From the NCBI GenBank assembly GCA_965242865.1, contig CBDETK010000013.1:960001-1024000 (forward strand): DNA of 64,000 nucleotides, read 5' to 3'. The translations under genes were made by a program, and so were the position numbers. This document shows positions 62,407 through 64,000 of the stretch, one piece after another. The notes beneath the pieces are model-generated. The model saw nothing but the letters and a program-made list of their open reading frames with translations. It was not told the origin of the DNA and ran no database searches. Numbering within the stretch: position 1 is the stretch's first letter; every line of letters starts with the position of its first letter. This stretch comes from Candidatus Latescibacterota bacterium. GTDB taxonomy: Bacteria; Latescibacterota; UBA2968; UBA8231.

Positions 62407-62934
62407 TCATAGCACCAACACCTCGTCCGGTTTCAGATTCGGTTTTAAGTCCCAGTACCAGCCGCTGTCGCGCCGGATTTTTCGCGCCCCTAATTGCCGC
62501 AGTCGGTCCTGTAGCTTGTCTAAGCGATGGCGAAAAAAATGCCCTCGATCTAGGAGAAGCCGCGCCTCTTCGATCATATCGAGGTAAAGCAGCAGGCTTT
62601 GGTCGGCCTCTTCTCGCGATAGAATGACGACGTTGGGGGAAGGAAAAATGCGTTGCGCCACTAGTTCCGCCCAGCAGGCTTGGCGCCGCAGATGTCGCAA
62701 GATAGGCAGCAACAGCAGGACCCGTTCGCGATAAACCGGCGACGCCTTTTCCAACACGAGCAGCAAATCCACATCGCTTTCCGTCGTCGCGTTGCCGCAC
62801 GCCACAGACCCATAGAGGACGACGGAAAGGACCGCATCCCCTAGCGCCTCTTGGACCGCGGCAACAAAGCAGTCGAGCAACGGCTTATAGGTTGGGTAGC
62901 CGAATTGGGTCGCCTCGACATCTACGATGTTCAC
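62407..62934 (-). CDS. nucleotidyltransferase (MNT-like), no HEPN partner
   Basis: VVLYGSVACG..ESDVDLLLV; YWDLKP tail; AGGAGG RBS. Confidence 0.82.
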   Translation of the reverse strand: MNIVDVEATQFGYPTYKPLLDCFVAAVQEALGDAVLSVVLYGSVACGNATTESDVDLLLVLEKASPVYRERVLLLLPILRHLRRQACWAELVAQRIFPSPNVVILSREEADQSLLLYLDMIEEARLLLDRGHFFRHRLDKLQDRLRQLGARKIRRDSGWYWDLKPNLKPDEVLVL

Positions 62935-62975
62935 GGGACTGCCTCCTGAAGTTGGGTAGTCCGTCTATTTGCTTC

Positions 62976-64000
62976 TTACAGTTGGACTTGGTAGCCGCGT
63001 TCAGCCGCCTCGTACGCCGCCTCGACAAAGCGCATGGCCTGCCAAGCATCGTCGCCATGGGTGATAAAAGCACCCCGTCCGCGGCTAGCGGCGACAAAGT
63101 CGGCGATAAACCCCTGTCCAGCCGCCCCGCCGTACCCGGGGGCCTCGCCGACAGCCAAGTCGAATTGCCGGTACTCGTCCTCGACCCAGCCCTCAGCTTG
63201 GCTTTGGACGATGAGCCGGTCGCCACGACCGTCCCAATCCTGCATCACCCACGTTGCATCCCCGGCCGTCCCCCTGAAGCACAAGTAGATATCGCCGTAG
63301 CGGCGCGGCAGGACATAGCCGGCGTGGAGGCTGCCCAGCGCGCCGTTGTCCATGCAAAACGAGGCGGCGAGCACATCTTCGACGTCGATGCCCGTGCCGC
63401 TCAAGGTCGCCTTGTGGGCGCTGACGCTCTGGTACTCTAGGCCGCTGATATAGCGAATCAAATCGACTGTGTGAATCGCCAGCCAGTGCAAAATTCCCCC
63501 GCCGGCCTGTGCGCGGTCAAAGAGCCAGTGGTCTGGGTTGCGCTGCTGCACGGTGCTGGTGATCATCCGCCCCTCAATGGAGACGATGCGGCCCAAGACG
63601 CCGGCCGCGATGAGTTGGCGCGTCTTGTCGGCGATTGGATGACAGCGGTTCAAAAAGGCCGTCGCCCACAAGACCTGCTGGGCGGCCGCCAGTTCGTTGA
63701 GGCGAGCGATGTCGGCGGCCGTGCGTGCGACCGGCTTTTCGGCAAGGGTCGGTACGCCGGCCTGCAAAAGCTGGGCGATGCGGTCGGGGGCTTGGTCGTT
63801 GCGCGTACATACTATGGCGAGTCCGAGCTTCTCGTCTGCTAACAGCGCGTCCAAGCGGTCATACACCGCATCGACGCCCGGGCATGCTTCGGCCGCACAG
63901 ACGACCAACCGGCCCACAGCCTCGCTGTGCTGGAGCGAGGTCAGCCACCCGCGGCTGTGGGGATTGTCCAGCCCAACGAGGGCGGCGCACACTTTATCCG
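62976..64000 (-). CDS. Gfo/Idh/MocA oxidoreductase (start probably just beyond window)
   Basis: LAEKP, GGGILHWLAIHTVD, VEDV, AAYEAA. Confidence 0.85.
   Translation of the reverse strand, partial: DKVCAALVGLDNPHSRGWLTSLQHSEAVGRLVVCAAEACPGVDAVYDRLDALLADEKLGLAIVCTRNDQAPDRIAQLLQAGVPTLAEKPVARTAADIARLNELAAAQQVLWATAFLNRCHPIADKTRQLIAAGVLGRIVSIEGRMITSTVQQRNPDHWLFDRAQAGGGILHWLAIHTVDLIRYISGLEYQSVSAHKATLSGTGIDVEDVLAASFCMDNGALGSLHAGYVLPRRYGDIYLCFRGTAGDATWVMQDWDGRGDRLIVQSQAEGWVEDEYRQFDLAVGEAPGYGGAAGQGFIADFVAASRGRGAFITHGDDAWQAMRFVEAAYEAAERGYQVQL

Overview
GC-rich bacterial chromosome segment. The short RpoD-like sigma factor without region 1.1 is of the FCB-group type; with the ankyrin, PhyH and Gfo/Idh/MocA genes it suggests a Latescibacterota/Gemmatimonadota-like, possibly host-associated organism (inference only). 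1-27.2 kb is mostly housekeeping: hemL, an M16 peptidase pair, a TrmJ-type methylase, gmd, gcvT/gcvP, coaE, clpP/epmA/clpX, trxA, holA, hisN, sigma-70, rph, a DnaC-like ATPase, smpB, tRNA-Leu and tRNA-Arg. 27.3-39.5 kb is a complete alternative complex III (actABCDEFG) + SCO + caa3-type A2 oxidase operon. 39.5-47 kb is an accessory hotspot of toxin-antitoxin/nuclease genes and remnants. It holds an MNT-HEPN pair bracketed by a diverged duplicate of the oxidase subunit IV 3' end, a probable GIY-YIG gene remnant split by a 1.3-kb foreign insert, PIN and BrnT fragments, two ankyrin proteins whose N-termini look TA-derived, and a deleted IS5-family element. After groES, DUF362, DHH, PhyH and tRNA-Lys come tandem length-variable 'LATKE' coiled-coil membrane genes. 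Last is an ~11-kb MAD6/7/8-like (DptFGH-related) defence module: NERD-kinase-ATPase, a frameshifted middle gene, and a nuclease-HerA ATPase. It is preceded by a lone nucleotidyltransferase and has no modification enzyme in the window. Family assignments come from motif recognition only; no searches were run.
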